Assembly (NCBI GenBank): GCA_043800705.1 | Contig: JAZDMS010000003.1 | Location: forward strand, 21,540 to 85,539 | Source: Candidatus Altiarchaeota archaeon | Lineage (GTDB): Archaea > Altiarchaeota > Altiarchaeia > IMC4 > SCGC-AAA252-I15 | Length of the DNA: 64,000 nt | Direction of reading: 5' to 3' | Shown here: positions 10,174 to 18,663 of the stretch, in pieces | How the letters are laid out: each line of letters opens with the position of its first letter | Position numbering within the stretch: position 1 is the stretch's first letter | Program-made: the position numbers and the translations under genes | Notes under the pieces: model-generated | What the model was told of the DNA's origin: nothing | What the model saw: only the letters and a program-made list of their open reading frames with translations | The model's database searches: none

Positions 10174-10205
10174 GCCGCATCCGGAATGATGCGGCCTACG
10201 TTTTT
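10174..10205 (+). terminator. Hairpin plus T-run after the SIMPL gene
   Basis: GCCGCATC-cggaat-GATGCGGC 8-bp stem, TTTTT 5 bp downstream. Confidence 0.45.
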
Positions 10206-10313
10206 ATCCGGCCGGCTCCCCATTGTTAACATGGCGGTGAGGGAGCCTTTGCCGGTCATTCAGCGATTCTCTGTCGGATTGAGAGATTTTTAAGTCGTAT
10301 TTCGGTGTATAAT

Positions 10314-10532
10314 ATGATGCGAAAGTACAAGGTTGTTTTGCAGCCGGATGAAGAAGGCGGGTATAATGTCGTGGTAGTGGGTCTTCCAGGCTGCTTTAGT
10401 CAGGGTGAAACGAAGAAGGAGGCGCTAGCGAATGCCCGCGAAGCCATAGAATGCCACCTTGCCGCATTGCAGGATTCGGGAGTAAACATCTCCAAAATAC
10501 CGAAGGCCTGTTTGGGCGTTGTCTCAGTCTAA
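10314..10532 (+). CDS. hicB: HicB-family antitoxin (short form)
   Basis: DEEGGYNVVVVGLPGCFSQGETKKEALANAREAI. Confidence 0.9.
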   Translation: MMRKYKVVLQPDEEGGYNVVVVGLPGCFSQGETKKEALANAREAIECHLAALQDSGVNISKIPKACLGVVSV

Positions 10533-10753
10533 TGAAACTTCCAGTTGTCTCTGGCGAATCGTTAATTAAATTCCTGACGCATCACGGTTTTATCGTTGTG
10601 CGCCAGCATGGAAGTCACGTCACACTCAAACGTGTCAATATGCCACATACGCATGTGACGGTGCCGCTGCACAATACACTCAAGAAGGGAACCTTATTGA
10701 ACATACTCAATCAGGCTGAAATAGACAAAACAGAATTCACCAGTAAAATTTGA
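10532..10753 (+). CDS. hicA: HicA-family mRNA interferase toxin
   Basis: MKLPVVSG...RQHGSHVTL...VTVPLHNTLKKGTL; ATG overlaps the hicB stop (TAATG). Confidence 0.9.
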   Translation: MKLPVVSGESLIKFLTHHGFIVVRQHGSHVTLKRVNMPHTHVTVPLHNTLKKGTLLNILNQAEIDKTEFTSKI

Positions 10754-10880
10754 CAAAAAAGGTTTCCTCCCCCTCGGAGCTCCCACATCTTCTCCTAGGC
10801 ACGTATCCTAGAGCCGAAATTCACCCCAAGATAAAAGTGGTTAGTTTATATGCAAAATCCTTAAGACAATAAGGTATGCG

Positions 10881-11378
10881 GTGGGAATCATGAAATGTCC
10901 ATTGTGTAAGGCAAATCTGAATGAAAAAGACCTTTATAATAATGTCCAAAAAATTGGGGGAATCAATGAATTAAAAAAATTAAGCACTCAAACCCAACCC
11001 GCAGATGAAGATGAGGTACTTCTAAAAGTAAAAGCAGCATCATCTTTCGCTTGGGTTTGTCCAAAATGTGATTCTATCATCACAATATCCTCTGATAGCG
11101 GTATGGGGGGCATGCCTGGTCCAGATATTCCTACTGGAGAAATTTCTGGATTAAACAAATGGGAGTACCTCCACTTTTTAGGCACCTTTCCGAATGTGGA
11201 GGGTATAAGGAAGGATAGACCAGATTATGAAGATAATGGGGACACACAATATTTAGACCAGTTAGGTGATGAGGGTTGGGAGTTAGCCTCAGTAGTGCCA
11301 TTCACTAATCAGGGAATTGTTCTCAGACTGGGTTACTTCCTCAAGAGAAAAAAACTACCAAATTTAGATTCACCTTGA
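10881..11378 (+). CDS. Zn-ribbon plus DUF4177-like protein
   Basis: CPLC...CPKC; KWEYL...LDQLGDEGWELASV; low GC. Confidence 0.6.
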   Translation: MGIMKCPLCKANLNEKDLYNNVQKIGGINELKKLSTQTQPADEDEVLLKVKAASSFAWVCPKCDSIITISSDSGMGGMPGPDIPTGEISGLNKWEYLHFLGTFPNVEGIRKDRPDYEDNGDTQYLDQLGDEGWELASVVPFTNQGIVLRLGYFLKRKKLPNLDSP

Positions 11379-11517
11379 AAGGAAGTATTTCGTCGTAACT
11401 GTTTAGTTTTCTGTAATGGCTTGATGAGGGCTTTCTAATGCATTTTATGGCATTATTCCCAAAAGGTATTGGTGAGGATTGGTTTGCCTTTGGCCAAAAT
11501 TTTTGATAATAAGGTAG

Positions 11518-12393
11518 TCATTTTGAACCCAATGTACTAACAACCCATCTTTTGAAGGTCGTTTCTATACTGTCTTCTAATTTTGTCCCTTCAACTTTGA
11601 ATATCATTTGGTGGGTTGTTTTGTCACTTCTGTTGGTTTTGGGTTCAGCTATCATATCTGCCTTTATGATAATCCTATAAGACTCGTTTGAGACGTATGG
11701 AGGGCACATTGCCTCCACCATTATGAGTTCTTTTGGGGGAATAATTTCATCTCCGGTTGGAGACAAAATTCTTGGATTTTGGCATTCCCGGTTTTCTTTC
11801 GAGATACTGATATTCTTAAAGGAAAGATAAGAGTCCGGAATATTTCGCCAACTCATATTATCTGGAGAATAACCTAAATAAACAACATTTATGTGCATCG
11901 ATTGTGCCAAATTTCCATCCGGATTATAACCCAGTAAGCCTGTTGAATTATAAAAAAAGTTAGATAATCCGGCTTTGAATGAACCATTTTTTTCGTAATA
12001 CTCAAAAACATTCGGCTGATCCTCAGCCATCGATCCAGGTAAATAATAGCTCCCCGATCCATTCAGTGCCCAGTCGAATCTAGGTGCTGGATCATAGACC
12101 GGAATCGAATTCCAATATTGTACCATATCCGGGATGTAGAAGAATAGACATATACAAAAAAATTGAACCACAGCTAGTGTCCGACCGCAGATGAAAAATT
12201 TAGATTTCTCCTCAGTTTTTTCCTTTTTTCGAGGCCTGAAATAGAGCGCCGGTAGGCCCAAACCTAGGATGAAGTTAAATGGAAAATAATCAGCAAAAGC
12301 ATGTGTTATTATAGAAACAACTATTGACCCAGATATAATCTCATAGAGGTGCAGGCCATATTCTTTAGAATTCCACCTATCAATAACTTCCAT
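11518..12393 (-). CDS. Hypothetical membrane protein with extracellular domain (passenger)
   Basis: 291 aa, N-terminal TM segments, several NxS/T sequons. Confidence 0.65.
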   Translation of the reverse strand: MEVIDRWNSKEYGLHLYEIISGSIVVSIITHAFADYFPFNFILGLGLPALYFRPRKKEKTEEKSKFFICGRTLAVVQFFCICLFFYIPDMVQYWNSIPVYDPAPRFDWALNGSGSYYLPGSMAEDQPNVFEYYEKNGSFKAGLSNFFYNSTGLLGYNPDGNLAQSMHINVVYLGYSPDNMSWRNIPDSYLSFKNISISKENRECQNPRILSPTGDEIIPPKELIMVEAMCPPYVSNESYRIIIKADMIAEPKTNRSDKTTHQMIFKVEGTKLEDSIETTFKRWVVSTLGSK

Positions 12394-12466
12394 CCTATAC
12401 TTTATTGGTCCACATAAAGATAAAACTGGGTTCGTGAGTGCCTACTTCAGAAAAGTCACCAGCAGA

Positions 12467-13495
12467 TTATCTTCTTTGTTCTCTTGGTCTTGTTCTCGTG
12501 ACTGTATGTAGTTCCGGTTGAGGATTCCTCCCCGGTTCTGGCTCTTCTAAAGCGACCTGTGCTTCTAGGACGTCTGGGTCAGGTCGTTTTGGCGCAGTTT
12601 CGTCTTCTGGCTTTTTCTCCTTAGATGTTTGAGGTGATTCTGTGAAGGTACTTCCAGACCCTACCCTCTGCTCTCCCCTGAAGCTGACATATCTCGACAG
12701 TTTTTCGACCCGCTCAGTCTGCTGCGCTCCGTTTAAAATATCCCCTAGAACTGACACGTCCATGTCGGGGTGGTTTCCGAGCCTAATTAACGCAGACTCT
12801 ATGGCGTGGTCCGGGTTCCTGCCAGCTCTTTGTTCGATTGACGCAATATCAAAGAGATGACTTACCGCCTTTTTTCCGTTTGTTTCATTGAGGTATCCCA
12901 GGGAGTGGTTTATTTGACTGCGTCCATGTGGGCTTACGGTGGAGGCAAGAAGTGCGGGTTCTCTCCATGCAGCAAGTTGGCGCAAGTTGCCGTCGAGACT
13001 ATCTCCCTTTGCAAGTTCGCTGAACCTTCCTTTTTCGTCAAATTTATAGAGAGTTGAATCTTTTGGCGGTCTTCCATGCTGTCGGAGGTATGAGTCTAGA
13101 CTCGTCACCCCTTCAGACGTTTTTAGGATTAGCTGTTCTTCCGGGATGCGCTCCATCCAGTCCTGGGGGACGGTTGCACGGTCAACATATTTGTCCCTGG
13201 GCATGTCACTTATAGCGGCGATATTCCTTTCCATCTGCTGCCTTGTCTCGTCAGTCAGCTTAGGGATCGGCTTCGGTAACTTTATAGCATCAGGCATAGT
13301 TGTCCTTTGATGTATCTCTTCAACAGGCATACCATATGATAATCTCTCAGTCATATGTTCTCCAATGGAGCGTACGACTCGTTTTCCAAGCCACATAAGT
13401 TCTCTGCCAAGTTGCCTTAGGGTTATCGGTTCAGGCTCTAGGTCTGCTGCTGTGAAAGTCCCTTGTCCCGGCTGAATGGTTCTCTCTCGTGGCAT
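12467..13495 (-). CDS. Hypothetical protein, possible C-terminal HEAT-like helices (passenger)
   Basis: 342 aa; N-terminal motif resembles 47870-49003. Confidence 0.65.
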   Translation of the reverse strand: MPRERTIQPGQGTFTAADLEPEPITLRQLGRELMWLGKRVVRSIGEHMTERLSYGMPVEEIHQRTTMPDAIKLPKPIPKLTDETRQQMERNIAAISDMPRDKYVDRATVPQDWMERIPEEQLILKTSEGVTSLDSYLRQHGRPPKDSTLYKFDEKGRFSELAKGDSLDGNLRQLAAWREPALLASTVSPHGRSQINHSLGYLNETNGKKAVSHLFDIASIEQRAGRNPDHAIESALIRLGNHPDMDVSVLGDILNGAQQTERVEKLSRYVSFRGEQRVGSGSTFTESPQTSKEKKPEDETAPKRPDPDVLEAQVALEEPEPGRNPQPELHTVTRTRPREQRR

Positions 13496-13502
13496 GCTCT
13501 CC

Positions 13503-13841
13503 CTACAGTTTGTTTTTCTCTAATATTTCCTTGATGATATTTGAGTATAGGATCCGGTTTCTTTCGTCGATATCTGCATCTGCTATAGCTATCAGTGGCT
13601 TTTTCTGGGTTTCATCCCATACCAGCGCCAGGTGCTCAAGTTTGTTCGCCCCTAAGATGGCGTTGAGCCGTTGGTCTGATTCTACTGAGGATATCAAATC
13701 TTTTAATGAATCAAGCCTTAAGGCGGTAACTGGCTTCGCATTTATCTCCTTGTGCCTTTCATGAAGCCGGCGACTCTGCTCTTCAAGCTCCGAGCTCATA
13801 ATAACTACTCCGAATGATGAGGATATAAATACGCAAGTCAA
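13503..13841 (-). CDS. Hypothetical protein (passenger); start may be the downstream MSSELEEQ
   Basis: Ends 7 bp upstream of the 12467-13495 start, operon-like. Confidence 0.5.
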   Translation of the reverse strand: MTCVFISSSFGVVIMSSELEEQSRRLHERHKEINAKPVTALRLDSLKDLISSVESDQRLNAILGANKLEHLALVWDETQKKPLIAIADADIDERNRILYSNIIKEILEKNKL

Positions 13842-13853
13842 TAAGGAACTGTC

Positions 13854-14210
13854 ATGAGCCTAGACAAACGATTTATTGATGCATTTTCTCCGACACGATC
13901 CAGATTGATGGTCTTTTTCGTTTTGATTGTGGGATTTTTTTGGATAGTAGCCATGGCATATCTAGGCGGAGGCAAGGTAGTCTCTTCTCGACATGCTTTG
14001 GTAAACTTTGTATATGAATATTTTGGAGAAACAGCACCGTTCAAGGGGTGGTCGCCTGCTAACCCATTCGACCCTGCCGTATATGCAGCTCGACTACCCT
14101 CGATCATCTTCTTAATTATTTTCATCTACATTTGCGCCTGCTTCTTTGAAAGCGTGTTCAGACGGATGTTTCAAAAAGAGAAGAGAAAGGTTGGATCAAA
14201 CGAAAGTTAG
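13854..14210 (+). CDS. Small two-TM membrane protein (passenger)
   Basis: 118 aa, two hydrophobic segments, basic tail. Confidence 0.55.
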   Translation: MSLDKRFIDAFSPTRSRLMVFFVLIVGFFWIVAMAYLGGGKVVSSRHALVNFVYEYFGETAPFKGWSPANPFDPAVYAARLPSIIFLIIFIYICACFFESVFRRMFQKEKRKVGSNES

Positions 14211-14280
14211 GCTCCCTCCAATAATCAAAAAGAGCGGACTATAGCTACTCGCTATTTTCATTCATCCTAGAGTCTCTTTC

Positions 14281-15216
14281 TTATTTATTTAAAATATCTT
14301 TTTTGATTTTTTGTTGGGCTTGATATTTTTCTGCCTGTTTCTTAATGCAATCGTCGCAATAGACGTAAGGTGGATTAATTATTTTGTTGCAATCACGGCA
14401 ATTTGTTTTCTGTTCTTTTTTCCTCAGATATCCTACAAAATCCTCATGTATGCGCTCACGAGCTTGTGATAAGAGATCCTCAATTTTACATTCTAACCCG
14501 TTGGAATCGCGTAATTCCTTCAAGTGCTGTATTAAGTGATACATCCTCCATTGATACAAATGTTCGTGGCATATGTTCAAAGAAAGTTCTAATTCTTTTA
14601 AGTGTTTCTCATCAACTTCAACATCTAATTTATCTAGGATTTTTCTATCTCTTTCATCAAAATCTGAAATTCTTTTTTCAAATATTTTCTGCCATTTATC
14701 CAAATCTTCTTTTAATAATGGTTTTTTCCAGCGATTAATGTCCTTCTCATTTGTGCAATAATCTGCAATATATCTAATGGCATTTTTTTGATCGATTATC
14801 ATATCCTCTAAAACATCTTTTATTTCAAAATCTATTGGATTTCTCCATCTCCACAATGGCGCACCACATCTCATACAATGCCTACGACCATAATAGGTAC
14901 TGTTTATAATTCCGCAAATTTTACATGTTCTTTTATAGTAGAAATCTTCTCCCCAAAGATATTTTCCATATTTTTTATAAATTTTAAACAAAAAACCCTC
15001 AATTCTATAAAGAGGATATGGGAGAGAAGAATATCTTATTTCGCAAGGGAGGCATCTAGGTCCTGTATGATCTTTTGATATTTCATCTTTATTTTCATTT
15101 AAAAAATCATTGTATTTTTTGATTGGTTTTGAACAATACTTACAGGTTTTAATTTCATCCTGTTTTGGTTTTTCTCTATCTACGAGTTCGCTCATTAGAT
15201 TGATATGGTTAATCAT
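14281..15216 (-). CDS. Multi-CxxC zinc-binding hypothetical protein (passenger)
   Basis: CKYC, CLPC, CKIC, CMRC, CRDC, CDDC; very AT-rich. Confidence 0.65.
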   Translation of the reverse strand: MINHINLMSELVDREKPKQDEIKTCKYCSKPIKKYNDFLNENKDEISKDHTGPRCLPCEIRYSSLPYPLYRIEGFLFKIYKKYGKYLWGEDFYYKRTCKICGIINSTYYGRRHCMRCGAPLWRWRNPIDFEIKDVLEDMIIDQKNAIRYIADYCTNEKDINRWKKPLLKEDLDKWQKIFEKRISDFDERDRKILDKLDVEVDEKHLKELELSLNICHEHLYQWRMYHLIQHLKELRDSNGLECKIEDLLSQARERIHEDFVGYLRKKEQKTNCRDCNKIINPPYVYCDDCIKKQAEKYQAQQKIKKDILNK

Positions 15217-15229
15217 TTATTATTAATAT

Positions 15230-16552
15230 GTGAATCCCTCATCGGAGGGTGGTGGCTGCAAGGAATGCGAGAAACTGCGCGCCAAATTGAAGGTTCTCCG
15301 CAAAGAGAACCGCATATTAAAAGAGCGTCTAGCATCCATTGAGGCATATTCTGTCAGTTTACGGTGGTTTAAGCCTTCTGTAAAGCATCCTAAGAAGCGA
15401 AAGAAACCAGGCAGACATGAAGGTCATGCTGGCGCTGGCAGGCAAAGACCAGAGCGTGTGGACGAAATAATCCCTGTCACTCTTGACCGTTGCCCGGACT
15501 GTGGAAACGGATTAAAAGAACCATATAGCATTCGCAGCCGCTATGTATGGGATGTGCCCCCACCCACAGCAGTCAAAGCCACCGAATACCGGATACACAG
15601 GTATTGGTGTCGATGCTGCAGACGCAGCATAGAAGCCCAACCAGAACAACTGCCGTATTTCCGCCTAGGAATGGGCGCATGGGAGTGGGCATATGTGATG
15701 CATCACCAACTCAACGTCAGCTTCGACAAAATCAGCTGGTGGATGCGCGAAGTATGGCAACTACCCATAACCAAAGGTGCGTTGACCCAAGGATTAGACT
15801 CCTTGGGAAAGCGTTTAACGCCAGCATATGACAGTATGATGGTGAACCTTAAAACAAGCCGATACAGTCACACAGATGAAACCAGTTGTAGGGTTAATGG
15901 CGCGAACTGGTGGACTTGGATATTCCGAACACAAAACCAAATAATCTACCACACAGAAGGCAGCCGAGGCGGCGAAGTACCAAAGAAGATACTAGGGGAA
16001 GAATATAATGGCGTAATCGTTACCGATGACTATCCTGGGTATCGCCGCTTAAAATGCCAGAAACAAGCCTGTTGGGTACACTTGATACGAAAAGCAAGGG
16101 ATTTGTGTGAGATGAAGAAACCACACCCAGAACATAGACGAGTACATCGTCACCTTCAAAGGATCTACCATGACATCAAAGAATATCAGGAGAAGCCCCC
16201 TCCACCAGATGAAAGGATGAATCATTTCCTCTTATTTGAGCAGAGACTCAAACGAGTCATACGGAAAAAGTATAAGACAAAAGGGTCAAAAACGATAGCG
16301 GAACGGATACGAAAGAGACTGCCAGAATATCTCACTTGCATACTAGAGCCAGACATACCACCTCAAAACAACCCCGCTGAACAGGCACTTCGGCATCAGG
16401 TGATTCACCGAAAAAACAGCACAATACGAGGCGAGACATCCGTGAAAACACATGACATACTCAACACCCTACTAGCCACGCAACTACAAACCACACCAAA
16501 CCCTCTGGAAGCTACACACAAAATCTTAACACAACTCACTACAACGAACTAA
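15230..16552 (+). CDS. IS66-family transposase (single-ORF type)
   Basis: Coiled coil, KPGRHEGH, CPDCG...CRCC zinc ribbon, HTDETS, IVTDDYPGY, QACWVHLIR, PPQNNPAEQALR; stop codon lies inside the right TIR. Confidence 0.93.
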   Translation: MNPSSEGGGCKECEKLRAKLKVLRKENRILKERLASIEAYSVSLRWFKPSVKHPKKRKKPGRHEGHAGAGRQRPERVDEIIPVTLDRCPDCGNGLKEPYSIRSRYVWDVPPPTAVKATEYRIHRYWCRCCRRSIEAQPEQLPYFRLGMGAWEWAYVMHHQLNVSFDKISWWMREVWQLPITKGALTQGLDSLGKRLTPAYDSMMVNLKTSRYSHTDETSCRVNGANWWTWIFRTQNQIIYHTEGSRGGEVPKKILGEEYNGVIVTDDYPGYRRLKCQKQACWVHLIRKARDLCEMKKPHPEHRRVHRHLQRIYHDIKEYQEKPPPPDERMNHFLLFEQRLKRVIRKKYKTKGSKTIAERIRKRLPEYLTCILEPDIPPQNNPAEQALRHQVIHRKNSTIRGETSVKTHDILNTLLATQLQTTPNPLEATHKILTQLTTTN

Positions 16553-16734
16553 ACAGTTACATTTCGTCGCTCACTCAAATGAGGGTTCCCTCTCCCTCGG
16601 GACTCCCCACCTCCCCTAAAACATGTGTTATGGCATAAAAAGAAAAAGCGCTCCCTCACCTCAACCTCGCTAATATCTCAATCCCTATTAATTTCTTAAG
16701 TTTAATTTAATAAGACCTTACTCAATTCTTTATT

Positions 16735-17226
16735 GTGAACAAAAATCTTGCATTAGTAATTGTCTTAATACTGATTGTGGCTGCGATAGTTTCTTATATC
16801 GTTTACAATCCAGTTAAATCCAGATATGTTATGGCTAAGAATCCCACCTTAGTAATCTCCTTAATCCTTATTGGAGCAGCCTCTTTTTTATTCGTCATCG
16901 CTTACGCACTTTACAACGAAAATAAATTCTACTTTATTAGGAACAAACATGTTGTAGTAGTAATTGTTTTATTAATTTCTCTAGTTGTGGTCATTTCCTA
17001 CATTATTTATCACCAACATAAATTAGAAAAAGAACAGCAAGAACTACAAAAACAAATTAACTATAATGCTTGGGAGACTGAAAATGTTAAATACAATCAG
17101 CGACAGGAAAGTTGCATAAATGCAAAGAAAGAGTGTATTCAAAACTGTCGGTACGATGATTTAAGCGAGGGTATGTGCATACAAGGTTGTAATAGCATTT
17201 ATTCCCAGCTTTCAACTCCCTGTTGA
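16735..17226 (+). CDS. Hypothetical membrane protein, 3 TM plus Cys-rich tail
   Basis: 163 aa, AT-rich; three similar hydrophobic helices. Confidence 0.6.
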   Translation: MNKNLALVIVLILIVAAIVSYIVYNPVKSRYVMAKNPTLVISLILIGAASFLFVIAYALYNENKFYFIRNKHVVVVIVLLISLVVVISYIIYHQHKLEKEQQELQKQINYNAWETENVKYNQRQESCINAKKECIQNCRYDDLSEGMCIQGCNSIYSQLSTPC

Positions 17227-17395
17227 AGATTCCCCCTTCTCCTGCTTTCTATAAAAAAGCCCCCCATAAACACATTCCAAAAATATTAAACGGCGGTTTT
17301 TTATATCCGATAATGCGCAGAGATAGTTTTGCGCTTTATGGACAAATGCTCCCGTATTTGGGCTCGGGGTATTTATCCCCTGAAAATCGACCAAG

Positions 17396-18187
17396 TCAGT
17401 AGCTTCCCAGGTCCTTGAAATACGTCGTCCTCTCATTGATCCTGGCATGGAGCTGTTCGCGTTCCTGAGCCTTCATGGAGTTGTTCTCGTAGTCGAGGTA
17501 GAAGACGTATTCTCCGAGTTTCTTCCTCGACGGCCTGCTTTCTATCTTGGTGAGGTTGATGCTTTCGTCTGCGAACAGTTTCATGATCGAAAACAGCGCC
17601 CCCGGCTCGTCCTTGGTGGAGAATATGAGTGAGGTCTTCGGCCCCTCCCTGGCGCTCTTCGAAAGCGCTATGAACCTGGTCTGGCTGTCTTGGTCCTGTA
17701 TGTTCTCTGCCAGGACATGTAGGCCGTATCTGAGGCCGGCCTCCCTGAAGCCGATCGCGGCGGCGTCGGCCCTGTCGGATGCCTCGATGATGGCTTCGGC
17801 GGTACTTGAGGTGTTGGTCTTCTTCGCCTTCGGGAAGTTTTTGTCAAGGTATTCCTTGCATTGGCCGAAGACGTGCGGGTGGGATACGATGACCTTGACG
17901 TCCTCCCTTTTTACGCCCTTCTTCGCCATCATGTGGAGCCTTATGTCAAGCGTCGCCTCGGCCACGATCTTCAGGTCGTATTTCAGGAGGGACTCCATAG
18001 TCTTGTCGACTGAGCCTTCGAGCGAGTTCTCCAATGCGGCGACGCCGTCTCCCCTGCCGTCCGCGACGTATTCGAAGACGTCCCCGACGTCGCTGAGGTA
18101 TTCTATCCTCGCCAAGGGATACATCCTCTTCGCGGCCTGCTCGCTGAACGTGCCTGCAGGCCCCAGTACGGCGACGGATTCGGTCAT
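17396..18187 (-). CDS. pheA: Prephenate dehydratase
   Basis: LGPAGTFSE, ENSLEGSV, SHPH, TRF, LTKIESRPS ACT domain. Confidence 0.95.
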   Translation of the reverse strand: MTESVAVLGPAGTFSEQAAKRMYPLARIEYLSDVGDVFEYVADGRGDGVAALENSLEGSVDKTMESLLKYDLKIVAEATLDIRLHMMAKKGVKREDVKVIVSHPHVFGQCKEYLDKNFPKAKKTNTSSTAEAIIEASDRADAAAIGFREAGLRYGLHVLAENIQDQDSQTRFIALSKSAREGPKTSLIFSTKDEPGALFSIMKLFADESINLTKIESRPSRKKLGEYVFYLDYENNSMKAQEREQLHARINERTTYFKDLGSY

Positions 18188-18365
18188 CCCTACGATATTC
18201 GCCGGGACGGAATATTAACCTTTATCGCGCCGGCTGCTTTAGAAGTCGGATGGTGCCCTGAGGCCCCCGATTAGTCGAGGGAATCGGCTGTGCCACAAGC
18301 TGCCCCCCACAGATGCGATAAGGGAATGGATAAAAGTGCGGCAGCATCGGTGGGCTGCCGTCTCT

Positions 18366-18614
18366 TCACTCGTTCTCCTTGCAGTATTCGATTATGGCCT
18401 CGAATAGCTTCTTCACGAATCCCTTGTTGAGTTTCGTCGTCCTCTCCGACACCTTTATCAGGACCTCCAGCTCCCTGTTGGGGTCCGCGACCGGCAGGCC
18501 GTGTTTCCTCTTCGCCTCCCCGATCTTCTTCGCCAAATCCACCCTCTCCTCAAGAAGCGATATGATTCTCGAGTCCACCCTGTCTATCTTCTCCCTGAGC
18601 TGTTCAATAGGCAT
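18366..18614 (-). CDS. Chorismate mutase (AroQ type)
   Basis: LREKIDRVDSRIISLLEERVDLAKKIGEAK...DPNRE. Confidence 0.9.
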   Translation of the reverse strand: MPIEQLREKIDRVDSRIISLLEERVDLAKKIGEAKRKHGLPVADPNRELEVLIKVSERTTKLNKGFVKKLFEAIIEYCKENE

Positions 18615-18663
18615 CTTCAAATCACCTGATATAGATTACCCTTGGGGTTTTTAAAACGCCGGG

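Larger units (their letters stand above)
11395..16560. mobile_element. IS66-family element carrying five passenger genes (5,166 bp)
   Basis: 14-bp inverted repeats GTAACTGTTTAGTT (11395-11408) and AACTAAACAGTTAC (16547-16560); 8-bp direct repeat ATTTCGTC at 11387-11394 and 16561-16568; IS66 transposase at the right end. Confidence 0.88.

Noticed and set aside
18250-18315. Cobalamin riboswitch (GGTGCC...AGGGAA...CTGCCCCC on the + strand)
   Set aside because: The CCGGTG..AATCCGG stem and downstream B12 box are absent, and it points antisense to the flanking genes
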